DNA of 64,000 nt. Source: Rubripirellula sp. (GTDB lineage Bacteria; Planctomycetota; Planctomycetia; Pirellulales; Pirellulaceae). This document shows positions 48,784 through 59,559 of this stretch, piece by piece. The notes below the pieces were generated by a model. It ran no database searches, had not been told where the DNA came from, and saw only the letters and a list, made by a program, of their open reading frames with translations. A program made the translations under genes and the position numbers. The DNA lies in the NCBI GenBank assembly GCA_965216875.1, contig OZ244207.1, positions 4,480,001 to 4,544,000 on the forward strand, written 5' to 3'. Position 1 is the stretch's first letter; the number at the start of each line of letters is the position of its first letter.

Positions 48784-50097
48784 CTACGCAAGAAACTCGG
48801 TATTGGACACCGAGGGCTTTGCGTAACTGAGATGTGCTTTGGCGCTCAGACGATAGCTCCCGCGTTGGACGAGCAGTAGTCCACCATCGTCCTCCCCTTC
48901 GGGCGACAACGTGCTGACCACCTGCGAGAACGACTGAACGAATTTGAGCCTCACGGTCTGCAACACTTCTTGTGCGGACTCGATCTGATCTTGCCTTGCC
49001 GCGGTATTGTCCACCACTGGCGGTTTCACTTCCACAACATTGTCTTCAGGCTGTGCTGCTGACTCTGCCGTCGGCTGCGTCGATGCAGTTGCCTCGACAT
49101 CGTCGTCGTCATCACCATCGACTTCGTCAGCATCATCGACATCGTCCGTTTCGACTTCCGCGACTTCGGCTTGAGCCACAGGGACAACAGGCTCCAGTTG
49201 GATCTCGACGGGCTCCGCTTGGTCTTCAGCCGACGCATCTGGAGTCGGCAAACCGAACACTTCGCCAGCGCCGTTGTCTTCTGTGCCGTTGTCCTCTGCA
49301 ATGGGTTCAACGTCGATCGCGACTGGCACCACTTCCACATCGTCTGACGGAACTGGAGTTGGCAGGCCAAACACCTCACCCGCGCCATCGCTTACTGGCA
49401 AGGGGTTCGGTAAAGCATCAACGACGTTTTGATCGGGTGTTGGGAGTCCAAACACTTGCTGTCCCGACGCAGAGTCGTCACCGCCAAAGGCGTCGAGCAA
49501 CGAATTGAATCCTTCGAGCACTGTGTTGATCAGGGTGTCGGCATCGACAGTCCCATCATCTGTAAAATCGGCAACCACACCTTCGACGACATTCAAGAAT
49601 GCGTCGAGCGGATTGGCTTGATCGTCTCCCAGGTTTTCGGTCAACGACGAAAGCCCGCCGGCAACATCCTCTTGCAGCAATTTGAACTGCAGCTTGACTT
49701 TGGTTTTGACCGCGATGTCACCATTTTCGTCTTGGACGATCGATTGTTTGATGCGTGCGCGGGCTTTCAACTGAAGACGCTGGCCGTCTGCGGTTTCCAG
49801 TTCGTACTTGAAATTCAACCGCGTCTTGCTGACCGCACGCGTCGAACCGTCTTCGTTGACGCGAACGCGTGTTTTGTTGCGCACCTTTAACGACAGGTTT
49901 GCCGCCGACGAAATCTGCAATGAATCACCATCGTCAACTCCGTCGCGCCGTGACAGTTCGGCGCTGCGATGACGTAGTGAGAGCGATAACGACTCACGTC
50001 GCCGGTGAGTCGCCTGTGAGTCGTGACCTTGATCGATGCGACCGAAATGGCCCTTCGCAAGGTTTTGAAACGAATTGGCAAGAATTCTGCTGACCAT
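48784..50097 (-). CDS. Acidic low-complexity hypothetical protein with VFGLPTP repeats
   Basis: Long open frame; three VFGLPTP motifs; start uncertain. Confidence 0.75.
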   Translation of the reverse strand: MVSRILANSFQNLAKGHFGRIDQGHDSQATHRRRESLSLSLRHRSAELSRRDGVDDGDSLQISSAANLSLKVRNKTRVRVNEDGSTRAVSKTRLNFKYELETADGQRLQLKARARIKQSIVQDENGDIAVKTKVKLQFKLLQEDVAGGLSSLTENLGDDQANPLDAFLNVVEGVVADFTDDGTVDADTLINTVLEGFNSLLDAFGGDDSASGQQVFGLPTPDQNVVDALPNPLPVSDGAGEVFGLPTPVPSDDVEVVPVAIDVEPIAEDNGTEDNGAGEVFGLPTPDASAEDQAEPVEIQLEPVVPVAQAEVAEVETDDVDDADEVDGDDDDDVEATASTQPTAESAAQPEDNVVEVKPPVVDNTAARQDQIESAQEVLQTVRLKFVQSFSQVVSTLSPEGEDDGGLLLVQRGSYRLSAKAHLSYAKPSVSNTEFLA

Positions 50098-50291
50098 CAC
50101 CCAGTGCCCCCAGGAAAGGTGAAAGGTGTGGTAGCGTCCCAACTTAACTGCGCTGTTTCACACCTGAACCGAGAGGATCGCCCCTCTGTGAGAGGATCGA
50201 ATCTTCAGTACACAGAATTCTTGGCAAACGTCCGAAACTGCGGCGAATCATCACCGCGTGGTCCGAACAGTCAACGCACGCGTCATAACCG

Positions 50292-50801
50292 TCACGGTTT
50301 ATCAACCAGTTTGGTCGTGAGTGCTATGGCCTCGGCGAGCTTGATCGGCGTTGTGTCGAGATTCCCATCCTCTTTCAACGTGTACCAGGTCACCATTGAA
50401 TCCTCATCAATTGGCCTCAAGGCGCACTGAAACGAAAACTGGTAGTGGCCCTGGGTCCTGGTGAGAAACGCCAGGTATTTGCCTTCCTTGATCGGACGAA
50501 ACGCTGCCGACGTGCGTGGCAATGTCGAGCCGACGATCGCAATTCGACGGCCCTCAGTGACGGGTGTGTAGTCAGACTTCACCGTCTTTTTCACGACCGC
50601 TTCGGCGATCTGAATGCGAACCACATGCTCGGGATCGGTCGGAGCCTCCGTTTGCGTCACCTTCGTGACCTCCACGACGGCGATCAGTCCCGAACGTTCT
50701 TCGAGATCTTCGAGGGAGAGCAAGATCATTTGCCCCGCCCATGCCTTTGCTCCCATCGTCGCGAACAAACCACATAGTCCTGCAACCAACAAACCACGCA
50801 T
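50292..50801 (-). CDS. Secreted hypothetical protein
   Basis: GGAG RBS, signal MRGLLVAGLCGLFATMGAKAWA, then LSLEDLEERSGLIAVVEV. Confidence 0.7.
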   Translation of the reverse strand: MRGLLVAGLCGLFATMGAKAWAGQMILLSLEDLEERSGLIAVVEVTKVTQTEAPTDPEHVVRIQIAEAVVKKTVKSDYTPVTEGRRIAIVGSTLPRTSAAFRPIKEGKYLAFLTRTQGHYQFSFQCALRPIDEDSMVTWYTLKEDGNLDTTPIKLAEAIALTTKLVDKP

Positions 50802-50944
50802 GTCTTGTTCTCCTCGTCCGTCTCGCGTTTCAAACGTACCTGATCGTGGAATCGGGCTTGGCCGAAATCTGCTGCATTCAGGATCACACGTTATGATGTC
50901 TTTCTCACAACGCCAACGAGCCTGACCGCAGGTTATTAGGATTG

Positions 50945-52069
50945 ATGATCGAGTTTCCTGGAAAAGCGAGCGACTTCCTGAAGATTGGCGTCGCCGCTGC
51001 AGCCAAAGGGGACGTCGACGCGGTCCGTGAAATCTTAAAAGCTCGACCGAAGTGGCTCCATCGCGTCGGGTCGCATGGCCGAACAATGCTCTGGGAGGCG
51101 AGTCACCGTGGGCGGTTGCCGATGGTCAAATACCTTGTCCGTCGCAAAGCCAATATCGATGCCTGTGGCACTCACTACACGCCCTACTTTGTCGAAATCA
51201 GTTGCTACTGCATCGCACGTTTCAAAAAGCACCAACAGGTCGCCGACTATCTGCTCGATCGGGGCGCGAGCGTCGACATCCATACGCATGCTTTCCTGGG
51301 TGATCTTGATGGAGTGAAAGCGGAACTCAAACAACGTCGCAAACGACTTGATAATGGGCATCCTCAATATGCGATGCCTCCTAAAGACTCAGGCCCCGAC
51401 TTTGTCCTCGAACCCGCATCCTGGGCCACACCGCTGTGTTATGCGCTGCGGGGTGGAAGCGTAGAAACCGTCGAGTACCTGATCCGGCGTGGCGCCCAGG
51501 TCAAAGGAATCGAACAAGCACTCTTTATCGCCGCCGACAAGAACCTGCCGATGGTCCGCGCGTTGCTTGAAGCGGGTGCCGACGCTCGTCATGCCCCGGA
51601 CGTTTATCCAGACGAAGGCGAACTCTACGAGCTTGTTTCAAGCTACGGGGCCACCACCAGCAACACACAGGCAAGCGAGGAGCTTGTCTATCTTTGCCGA
51701 GGCGATCGAGGCGGCAACTGTGCTGAAGCAGAACGCTTGCTCGCCGTTGGTGCCGATGTGAATCACCAAGATCACAAAGGAAAGACAGCACTTCATCGTG
51801 CAGCACGATCTGGTTTCGTCGACACCATGAAGATACTGATCGCCAAGGGTGCCACGGTGGACCGAACCGATCCGTCTGGAGAAACCCCACTCTTTGACGC
51901 CGTGCGTTCAACCATCAAAGCAACCGACAAGCGGGTTGCCGCCATCACCCTGCTGCTTCAGTCGGGCGCCAACCCCAATCACACCAACGGCAAAGGCGAA
52001 TCGATTGCCGACCTACTCAAGGATCCAAAACGTCCTCAACCGAAAGCAATCAAACGTCTCTTCACGTAG
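50945..52069 (+). CDS. Ankyrin repeat protein
   Basis: GRTMLWEA, ATPLCYA, GKTALHRAA, GETPLFDA repeats. Confidence 0.9.
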   Translation: MIEFPGKASDFLKIGVAAAAKGDVDAVREILKARPKWLHRVGSHGRTMLWEASHRGRLPMVKYLVRRKANIDACGTHYTPYFVEISCYCIARFKKHQQVADYLLDRGASVDIHTHAFLGDLDGVKAELKQRRKRLDNGHPQYAMPPKDSGPDFVLEPASWATPLCYALRGGSVETVEYLIRRGAQVKGIEQALFIAADKNLPMVRALLEAGADARHAPDVYPDEGELYELVSSYGATTSNTQASEELVYLCRGDRGGNCAEAERLLAVGADVNHQDHKGKTALHRAARSGFVDTMKILIAKGATVDRTDPSGETPLFDAVRSTIKATDKRVAAITLLLQSGANPNHTNGKGESIADLLKDPKRPQPKAIKRLFT

Positions 52070-52190
52070 GTCATGCTCCGCATGACAGGGGCACTCTCGT
52101 AGGTCATGCTCCGCATGACAGGGGCACTCTCGTAGGTCATGCTCCGCATGACAGGGGCACTCTCGTAGGTCATGCTCCGCATGACAGGGG
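52065..52190 (+). repeat. Perfect tandem array of a 33-bp GTAG REP-like unit (3.8 copies)
   Basis: CGTAGGTCATGCTCCGCATGACAGGGGCACTCT at 52065, 52098 and 52131, partial at 52164; internal hairpin GTCATGC-TCC-GCATGAC. Confidence 0.92.
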
Positions 52191-52216
52191 AGGCGACGGA
52201 AATCGAACTTGAAAAG

Positions 52217-52280
52217 AGTCGCCTCTTGCTCCGCAAAAGTTGCGTTTGCGGACGCTACTTTCGCGGAGCGAAAGGCGACA
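52217..52280. repeat. Palindromic element GTCGCCT...CTCCGCAAAAG / CTTTCGCGGAGCGAAAGGCGACA
   Basis: Imperfect inverted repeat; the same family fragment occurs at 5701-5716. Confidence 0.7.
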
Positions 52281-52312
52281 TTCACAACCTAGGGGCAATC
52301 CGAGCGCAAGCC

Positions 52313-53596
52313 CTACCCGAATTTCAATTGTCCGCCGACGTAGGTTTGCGTGACTTGGCCGGTCAGCGTGTGACCTTGTAACGGGTTGCTAACGCAGCGC
52401 GAGCGGAACTTCGTTGGATCGACTTCCCATTGGGCATCAGGATCGATGACGGCGATGTCGGCGTTGTGACCGACCGCAAGCGTTCCACCATCGATGCCCG
52501 CGATCCTTGCCGGCGACACCGACATTCGCTGGATCACTTGCGACCAATCGAGAACACCCGAGCTGACGAGGTGTTTGACCACAATCCCAAGTGACGTTTC
52601 CAGCATCGCACCGCCGAATGGCGCGAGGTCCAAGTCGTTCATCTTCTTTTCGCGACTGCGTGGCATGTGACCACTTTGGATCGCATCGATCGTTCCGTCA
52701 GCAACGGCCGCTTGTAGGATTTCGATGTGGCGCGGACTACGCAGCGGCGGATGGACTTTGAACCGCGAATCGAACGATCGCAGTTCGTTATCGCTGAGAC
52801 AAAGGTTCTGCGGGCAAACCGAGGCGGTGACCGCGATCCCACGTGATTTCACTCGGCGAATCATATCGACAGCGCCCATCGTGCTTACGGGGCCGACATG
52901 CAAGCGTCCCGAAGTCGCTTCCGCCAATCGCACGTCACGGGCGACGGCAAGGTCTTCGGCCTCTGTCGGCAACCCTTTCAAGCCCAGCACCAGTGAAACC
53001 TGGCCATCATGCATCACGCCCGCTTCGGACAACTCGGGAACGCCGGGTCGATCAAAGATCGGTAGGTCAAACATCCGGCAATAATCGAGGGCGCGTTTGA
53101 GCAGGGCGTTATTAGGCATCGGTCGCGGCGAATCGCTAAAGGCGACCGCCCCGGCTTCGGCCAACAATCCAAGCTCCGCCATCTGTTCGGCTTCGCGACC
53201 TTTACTCAAACATCCGATGACGTGGATCCGTGCCCCGTTCGCTTTGGCCGCTTTTTGGCGCACAAACTCGACCGCACCCGGCGAATCGATCACCGGATTG
53301 GTGTTGGCACAGCAAAGGACTGACGTGAAACCACCGGCGAGTGCAGCGTCACTTCCCGATTGGATCGTTTCGTCTTCTTCTTTGCCTGGTTCACGAAACT
53401 CGGCTCCGAGGTCGACGAAACCAGGTGCAACGATTTTTCCCTGAGCGTCCACGCGAGCAACATCGGGAAGGTCGCTATCGGCGGGGTCAATTGCCGCGAC
53501 CTTGCCGTCAACCACGAGCAAGCGGGCTACCCGGTCGATCCCTTGGCTTGGATCGACCAAACGTCCACCTTCGATAAGGAGCGAATTCTCAGACAT
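52313..53596 (-). CDS. pyrC: Dihydroorotase-family protein (PyrC/PyrC'-like)
   Basis: APGFVDL..FREPG, GGFTSV, NTNPVID, FKVHPPLR; adjacent to pyrB. Confidence 0.9.
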   Translation of the reverse strand: MSENSLLIEGGRLVDPSQGIDRVARLLVVDGKVAAIDPADSDLPDVARVDAQGKIVAPGFVDLGAEFREPGKEEDETIQSGSDAALAGGFTSVLCCANTNPVIDSPGAVEFVRQKAAKANGARIHVIGCLSKGREAEQMAELGLLAEAGAVAFSDSPRPMPNNALLKRALDYCRMFDLPIFDRPGVPELSEAGVMHDGQVSLVLGLKGLPTEAEDLAVARDVRLAEATSGRLHVGPVSTMGAVDMIRRVKSRGIAVTASVCPQNLCLSDNELRSFDSRFKVHPPLRSPRHIEILQAAVADGTIDAIQSGHMPRSREKKMNDLDLAPFGGAMLETSLGIVVKHLVSSGVLDWSQVIQRMSVSPARIAGIDGGTLAVGHNADIAVIDPDAQWEVDPTKFRSRCVSNPLQGHTLTGQVTQTYVGGQLKFG

Positions 53597-53648
53597 CAAG
53601 TTTCGTTGGAGTTCATGGTTCATCATTCGATCGTGCTGGCGAGCGGAT

Positions 53649-54617
53649 CTACAATCCGCGGTCGCTCGCGCCCGCAAGTAACCATAGGGCTGCCATGCGA
53701 ACGGCAATCCCATTGTTGACCTGTTCCAAAATGACTGAGTGTGGGCCGTCGGCGACTTCCGGAGTGATCTCGACACCGCGGTTAATCGGACCGGGTGCCA
53801 TGATCAAAATGTCTTCTTTGGCGCGTTGCATGCGTGTCGCATTCATCGCGTACAGCGCCGCGTATTCGTGAACACTTGGAAAAGGTCGCGCACGTTGACG
53901 CTCGAATTGAATGCGGAGCAGGTTCAAAACATCACATCGAGGCAAGATGTCATCCAAACTGTGCGCCACTTCAAAGCCGAGTTCTGTCCAACGCGAGCTG
54001 ACCAACGTCGGCGGACCACACACAATGACGTGCGCCCCAAGTTTGCTGAGCCCCCAAAGGTTGGCTCGCGCCGTACGGCTGTGTTCGATGTCACCGACCA
54101 ATGCGACGGTCAGGCCGGCGATGTTTCCTCGGTGCTGACGAATTGTCAGCATGTCGAGCAGACCTTGGGTCGGGTGGTCATGCGGGCCATCACCCGCATT
54201 GAGAACGCTGCAATCCAATTCACGAGCGAGCAAATGCGGTGTGCCGGGTGTGCCGTGTCGGGTCACGACCCAATCAACACCCATTGCTTCGATCGTTTTG
54301 GCGGTGTCGACGAATGTCTCGCCTTTGGCCACGCTGCTGCCGCTGCTGCTGAATTCGACCGTGTCGGCGCCCAAGCGTTTGGCGGCGAGTGAGAAACTAT
54401 TTCGTGTTCGTGTGCTGTTTTCGAAAAAGAGATTGGCACACGTCTTGCCAGCCAGCAACGAAATCTTTTTGCGACAATTGTTGGTCGCTTCCTTGAGCTG
54501 TTGGGCGACATCAAGGATCGTCGATATTTCTTCAGCCTGCAGGCTTTCCAGATCGAGCAGGTGACGTCGTTTCCAGGTCGACGGGAACTCCGGACCTGCT
54601 TCCACCGTGTCGGACAT
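53649..54617 (-). CDS. pyrB: Aspartate carbamoyltransferase catalytic subunit
   Basis: [45 protein letters not shown]. Confidence 0.97.
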   Translation of the reverse strand: MSDTVEAGPEFPSTWKRRHLLDLESLQAEEISTILDVAQQLKEATNNCRKKISLLAGKTCANLFFENSTRTRNSFSLAAKRLGADTVEFSSSGSSVAKGETFVDTAKTIEAMGVDWVVTRHGTPGTPHLLARELDCSVLNAGDGPHDHPTQGLLDMLTIRQHRGNIAGLTVALVGDIEHSRTARANLWGLSKLGAHVIVCGPPTLVSSRWTELGFEVAHSLDDILPRCDVLNLLRIQFERQRARPFPSVHEYAALYAMNATRMQRAKEDILIMAPGPINRGVEITPEVADGPHSVILEQVNNGIAVRMAALWLLAGASDRGL

Positions 54618-54713
54618 GTCGCAATCAACGTGACGGGGGATTCTTTCGTGAACGACGACCAAAATACGAGATTTCTTGATCGGCGGCGAGATGGGGGAAG
54701 CCGCCCCGCTTGG

Positions 54714-55121
54714 TCACGCTCGTTTGAATCCACAAAGAAACAGGCACACCCAAGCGGCAATCAAACAAGAACCGCCAATCGGTGCGACGGCACCAAACTT
54801 TGTGATTCCCGTAACCACCAGTGCATACAGGCTGCCGCTGAAGAAAACGATCCCTGCCACAAATAGCCACAGGGCTATTTTGCGCAACCGGTCGGTACCA
54901 ACCGGCAATGCCGCCAAACCGAGCAGGGCCAGCGTGTGATAGAGGTGGTATTTGACGCCCGTATCAAACTGATCGAGTCGCTTGGTGACCAGCTCGGCGT
55001 CGGCCCCGCTGGACTCGAGAAAGTGATCGAGTCCGTGTGCGCCAAAGGATCCGAGCATGACGGCCAGAGCACCGGAGATCCCGGCCACCATCACGATTCG
55101 TCGGGTGAGATTTTCGTTCAC
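54714..55121 (-). CDS. DUF423 membrane protein
   Basis: LGSFGAHGL, TGVKYHLYH, FSGSLY, APIGG. Confidence 0.9.
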   Translation of the reverse strand: MNENLTRRIVMVAGISGALAVMLGSFGAHGLDHFLESSGADAELVTKRLDQFDTGVKYHLYHTLALLGLAALPVGTDRLRKIALWLFVAGIVFFSGSLYALVVTGITKFGAVAPIGGSCLIAAWVCLFLCGFKRA

Positions 55122-55570
55122 GAAGTGAGCAATTTCGAAACGGCGTCAATCAAGCGATCCATCGCAAAGGGTTTGCGAATGTAGTCACTCACGCCAAGCA
55201 ATTCGGCGTACGCTTTGTGCCGACTTCCTTCGTTTCCTGTGATCATGATGACCGGTACTGGTTCATCGCGAACACGACGGAGCTTTTCGAGGACCAAAAA
55301 GCCGCTTCGCTTGGGCATCATCATGTCGAGAATGACAAGGTCCGGGTTCTCGCGTTCGAACAGGGCAAGACCCTGGTTGCCATCGCGAGCAATGACGACT
55401 TCATGCCCCTCACCTTCCATCGCGTAACGAACCGATTCGATGATTTCAAAATCATCATCGACGACCAAGATTTTCTTGCCGCTCGATTCCTTCACCCGTT
55501 TGGTGGCAGCCTTTTCGTCCTGTTTGGATTCGGGACCGTTGGATTCGTCGTCCGTCATTGTCACTCGCAC
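55118..55570 (-). CDS. Single-domain response regulator (receiver)
   Basis: ILVVDDD, LVILDMMMPKRSG, VIMITG, YIRKPF. Confidence 0.92.
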   Translation of the reverse strand: MRVTMTDDESNGPESKQDEKAATKRVKESSGKKILVVDDDFEIIESVRYAMEGEGHEVVIARDGNQGLALFERENPDLVILDMMMPKRSGFLVLEKLRRVRDEPVPVIMITGNEGSRHKAYAELLGVSDYIRKPFAMDRLIDAVSKLLTS

Positions 55571-55703
55571 TTACTGCGTGAAATTCCTGCGTGAGGGCAG
55601 CAGCCAGTTGTGGATCCCAGCTACTGCGTTTCAGTGTAACGCAGTGACGACTCGGCGTCCGCCCGAGAACGCGAAAAAGACTTCGAGCGTGTGAGACGCC
55701 CCT

Positions 55704-55811
55704 CGTGAGCAGCCCGTCGTGAGTCCTCGGGCGTTGCCCCTCGTGCGCGAGCGTTAGCCCGAGGACATTATCGCTGAAGGCCCGTCCGCTTACGCGATCA
55801 CGGCTCAAGGG
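55704..55811. repeat. REP-like palindromic element (CGTGAG...CGGCTCA family)
   Basis: GTCCTCGGGC/GCCCGAGGAC inverted repeat; ends resemble 520-614 and 17747-17825. Confidence 0.55.
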
Positions 55812-55833
55812 CCTGCAAAAAAAAAGCGAGTGT

Positions 55834-56730
55834 TTAGTTTGCCGAATAGGCGGTTGGACTCGAAGCCCAGCGTTCGGCAGCGACGCTCGATTGATTCGAG
55901 ACAACGTGTCGCATGATCCACTCGTTAACGTCCCTAAGAACGACGGTGTCCATCTCGTCATCAGCGGGGTACTGCCGAACCTCGACGCGCGCCTTGATCA
56001 TCATCGCTTGACGCAAATCTTCGTTCAGCGCGTCGTGGCGAAATCGTGGATTGTCCGTTCCCCAGGACCACAACATTCGCAGTGGGTTGGCACGCAAGTG
56101 GGACAGCTGGCCAAACACACTTCGCCCTCGCGGCAGCCGTGCGCCGAGAGCGACCACACCCGCAAAACGCTCGGGTTGGCGCATTGCGATGCGCAGTGCC
56201 ATCGATCCGCCGCTGCCATAACCGGCAAGCACGATTCTCTGGGAGTGAATCGAAAACTGCTCGACCGCCTCGTCGATCGTTTCGATGACGGCATGATGAG
56301 CCGCTTGGATCGCTGCGGGGCTGGTCGGCCAATCAAACCGATGGCCCGCCGAATCGGCTGCGCGCACGCCGCGAATGCCTGCGGCAACGTAGTTTCGAAC
56401 GCTGATGTGCGGCATCACATGATCGACCTGGTTCTCGTTGAACCCGTCGCTGTGCAACCAAACGACCAACGGATAGTTGTAATTTGGCTCGTAGTGAAGC
56501 GGCAGAAAATAGTTTCGGTGTGGCGAAAGTTGGGACCACTCCGACGACGTCGCATCGTCGGGTTGCCAGGGCTGATCAACGTCATCGCCGCTGTAGTCGC
56601 TGGCAATGTCGCCTAACCAGGAGGAAGCAAAATCATCTTCCGATGATGATTCTGATTCACATTGAGATGAATCAGAGGAAGGATTGTTTGAGGGCTCATT
56701 CCATGACATCGACGAGTGAAAACGACTCAT
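55834..56730 (-). CDS. Alpha/beta-hydrolase-fold (phospholipase/carboxylesterase-like) protein, probably inactive
   Basis: YPLVVWLHSDG, RIVLAGYGSGG, PERFAGVVAL; start uncertain. Confidence 0.8.
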   Translation of the reverse strand: MSRFHSSMSWNEPSNNPSSDSSQCESESSSEDDFASSWLGDIASDYSGDDVDQPWQPDDATSSEWSQLSPHRNYFLPLHYEPNYNYPLVVWLHSDGFNENQVDHVMPHISVRNYVAAGIRGVRAADSAGHRFDWPTSPAAIQAAHHAVIETIDEAVEQFSIHSQRIVLAGYGSGGSMALRIAMRQPERFAGVVALGARLPRGRSVFGQLSHLRANPLRMLWSWGTDNPRFRHDALNEDLRQAMMIKARVEVRQYPADDEMDTVVLRDVNEWIMRHVVSNQSSVAAERWASSPTAYSAN

Positions 56731-57030
56731 GGCTCTCGGTATTGCGGGGAAGGATAAGGGTCTGGCCCGATGAATCCACCAGGCTGTCAGTCCCTGCCGC
56801 CACAGGAACATGAACGAATCAACGCTGAAAAACGTACGTCCGGCTGTGGACCGGTGTCAACGCTGAAGTCACTTTTCCAACGTCGGTTTTGGGAATTCGC
56901 ATCCAGTCGGCGGGTAGCCGAAGTGCACCCCAGTGAGCCACCAGCGCGCCGGTTAGGCTCACAAAACACAAGCTCTTAGGTTGCGAGCGATTGCCAGCAA
57001 CCGTTTGTCCTCCCGCCTTTCGGCGGACGA

Positions 57031-58050
<1,020 letters not shown>

Positions 58051-58185
58051 TCAGGCAAATATGCCGCCTCGAAAAAGACCTTTCCGATTCGTTAGCCGGA
58101 TATCGTCTCGGATCACGCGCGTCGGTCAAGTGGACGCGACAGGGGATCTTGGCGTGCCCGGCCGTCGATGCGTCAAAACGTCGCC

Positions 58186-59520
58186 CTAGCTGGGCAGCTG
58201 GACGTTTTCGGCTTCCGACTCACGGCGTTTTTTGCGGATCTCATCGTCGCGCCTCGCCTCATTTCGGTTCCAGGCCCAAATCGCAAGGATCGCGACCAAG
58301 ACGGCCAGCGCCGCGACCCAACCAATCACGTTCACACCGGCCGGGTCTTTCTCGGTTGATTCGAGATTCGAAAAACGCGATGCAACCAGCAGTGGGCCAA
58401 ACTGTTCGCCGCCGCCATGTTGCCGCATGAAATCTGTGGAATAGCTCCAGAGTCGATAGAAAAAACCGTCGATGCTGATTTGCATCCGCACTTCCGAGAC
58501 CATCGCATCACCACCTTCTTTGCGACGGATCTCGTCGCTCAAAAACGCCGGCAATTCGGCACAGACAAGCGAAACAGGAAATCGATTAACAAACTTCGCC
58601 GGCTCGCCGTCCTCCGAGGCAGGTTCAATTTGGACGATCAGGTCGCCGAGATCACCAAACGCGTCGATCTGGTAATAGTGGTCGTTGCCGATGACTTTCT
58701 GGCGTTCAGGATCGGTCACCGCAACGCGTGTCACTTGGGCCGTTTCCAAAGACAATTGAACCCATCGACCGGCGTAGGCATCGGCTTCTTTCAAAAGCGT
58801 TACCGGCTCGATCGACTTGGGCGGCGCAAGATCACTTTGGCCCGCGAGGTTCTTTGCCGCGGCAATCATGCCGTAAAACGCGTCACCATCGGCCGCAACG
58901 AGTGGCATCTTGCTGCGGCTTGCAATGGTCGACAACAAGCTGACATCGACTCCTTGTTGACTGAGCATTTGCCAGCCAACACTCGGAGCCATCTGGGGAA
59001 ACCAAGACACACTTCCCGCGGCAAGAACGGTTTGCTTGATTCCAGCGGACGCATCGGCAGGCTGCACCAACATCGCCGTCGCGTTGACGCGGTCACCCAC
59101 CTTCGCCTGCAGCGGCAAATCGGTTGTGATGATTCGCACTGCAGTTTCATCATGCGTCAGATCAATCACCTGCATGCGATTCATGTCCAAGAATTCGATC
59201 AGTCGAGGCGGCACACTGAGATTGGCGACCGCCGTCACTTCCCCGCCTAATTCCACAACTTCGCCAACCGCCGGAGCAGGCCACGGACCGACAGCTTGTT
59301 TCAGCAGTCGTCGATCGACTTGCCGCAGCTTGAAAACAAGTTTCGACAGATCCTCGACTGCTTCGGTTGTTCGCGGCGGATAAACCGATTGCACTCGAGC
59401 TTCATCAAACCCCGTCATCAAGGGCAATGCAGAATCGGCAGCTCCAAACGTCGACGTCACCACCAGGCACAACACCACCGCCCCAAGACGGCTCGCCCAT
59501 AACTTGCCTTGCAACATCAC
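58186..59520 (-). CDS. Exported hypothetical protein with C-terminal membrane anchor
   Basis: Signal peptide; C-terminal TM helix plus basic tail. Confidence 0.8.
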   Translation of the reverse strand: MMLQGKLWASRLGAVVLCLVVTSTFGAADSALPLMTGFDEARVQSVYPPRTTEAVEDLSKLVFKLRQVDRRLLKQAVGPWPAPAVGEVVELGGEVTAVANLSVPPRLIEFLDMNRMQVIDLTHDETAVRIITTDLPLQAKVGDRVNATAMLVQPADASAGIKQTVLAAGSVSWFPQMAPSVGWQMLSQQGVDVSLLSTIASRSKMPLVAADGDAFYGMIAAAKNLAGQSDLAPPKSIEPVTLLKEADAYAGRWVQLSLETAQVTRVAVTDPERQKVIGNDHYYQIDAFGDLGDLIVQIEPASEDGEPAKFVNRFPVSLVCAELPAFLSDEIRRKEGGDAMVSEVRMQISIDGFFYRLWSYSTDFMRQHGGGEQFGPLLVASRFSNLESTEKDPAGVNVIGWVAALAVLVAILAIWAWNRNEARRDDEIRKKRRESEAENVQLPS

Positions 59521-59559
59521 TCTGTTTGATCTCCGAATCTCATTCGTTGCAAAAATGTG

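Noticed and set aside
50076..50227. Short inverted (TTGGCAAGAATTCTG) and direct (GAGAGGATCG) repeats near the start of 48784-50097
   Set aside because: Short and not seen elsewhere in the window; cannot be separated from chance.
52065..52190. CRISPR array
   Set aside because: Units are fully identical with no unique spacers, and no cas genes are nearby; it is a tandem REP-like repeat.
54707..54713. Additional CGCTTGG, possible sixth regulon promoter
   Set aside because: No GTAAC 16 nt upstream, and it is on the non-coding strand for the neighbouring genes.
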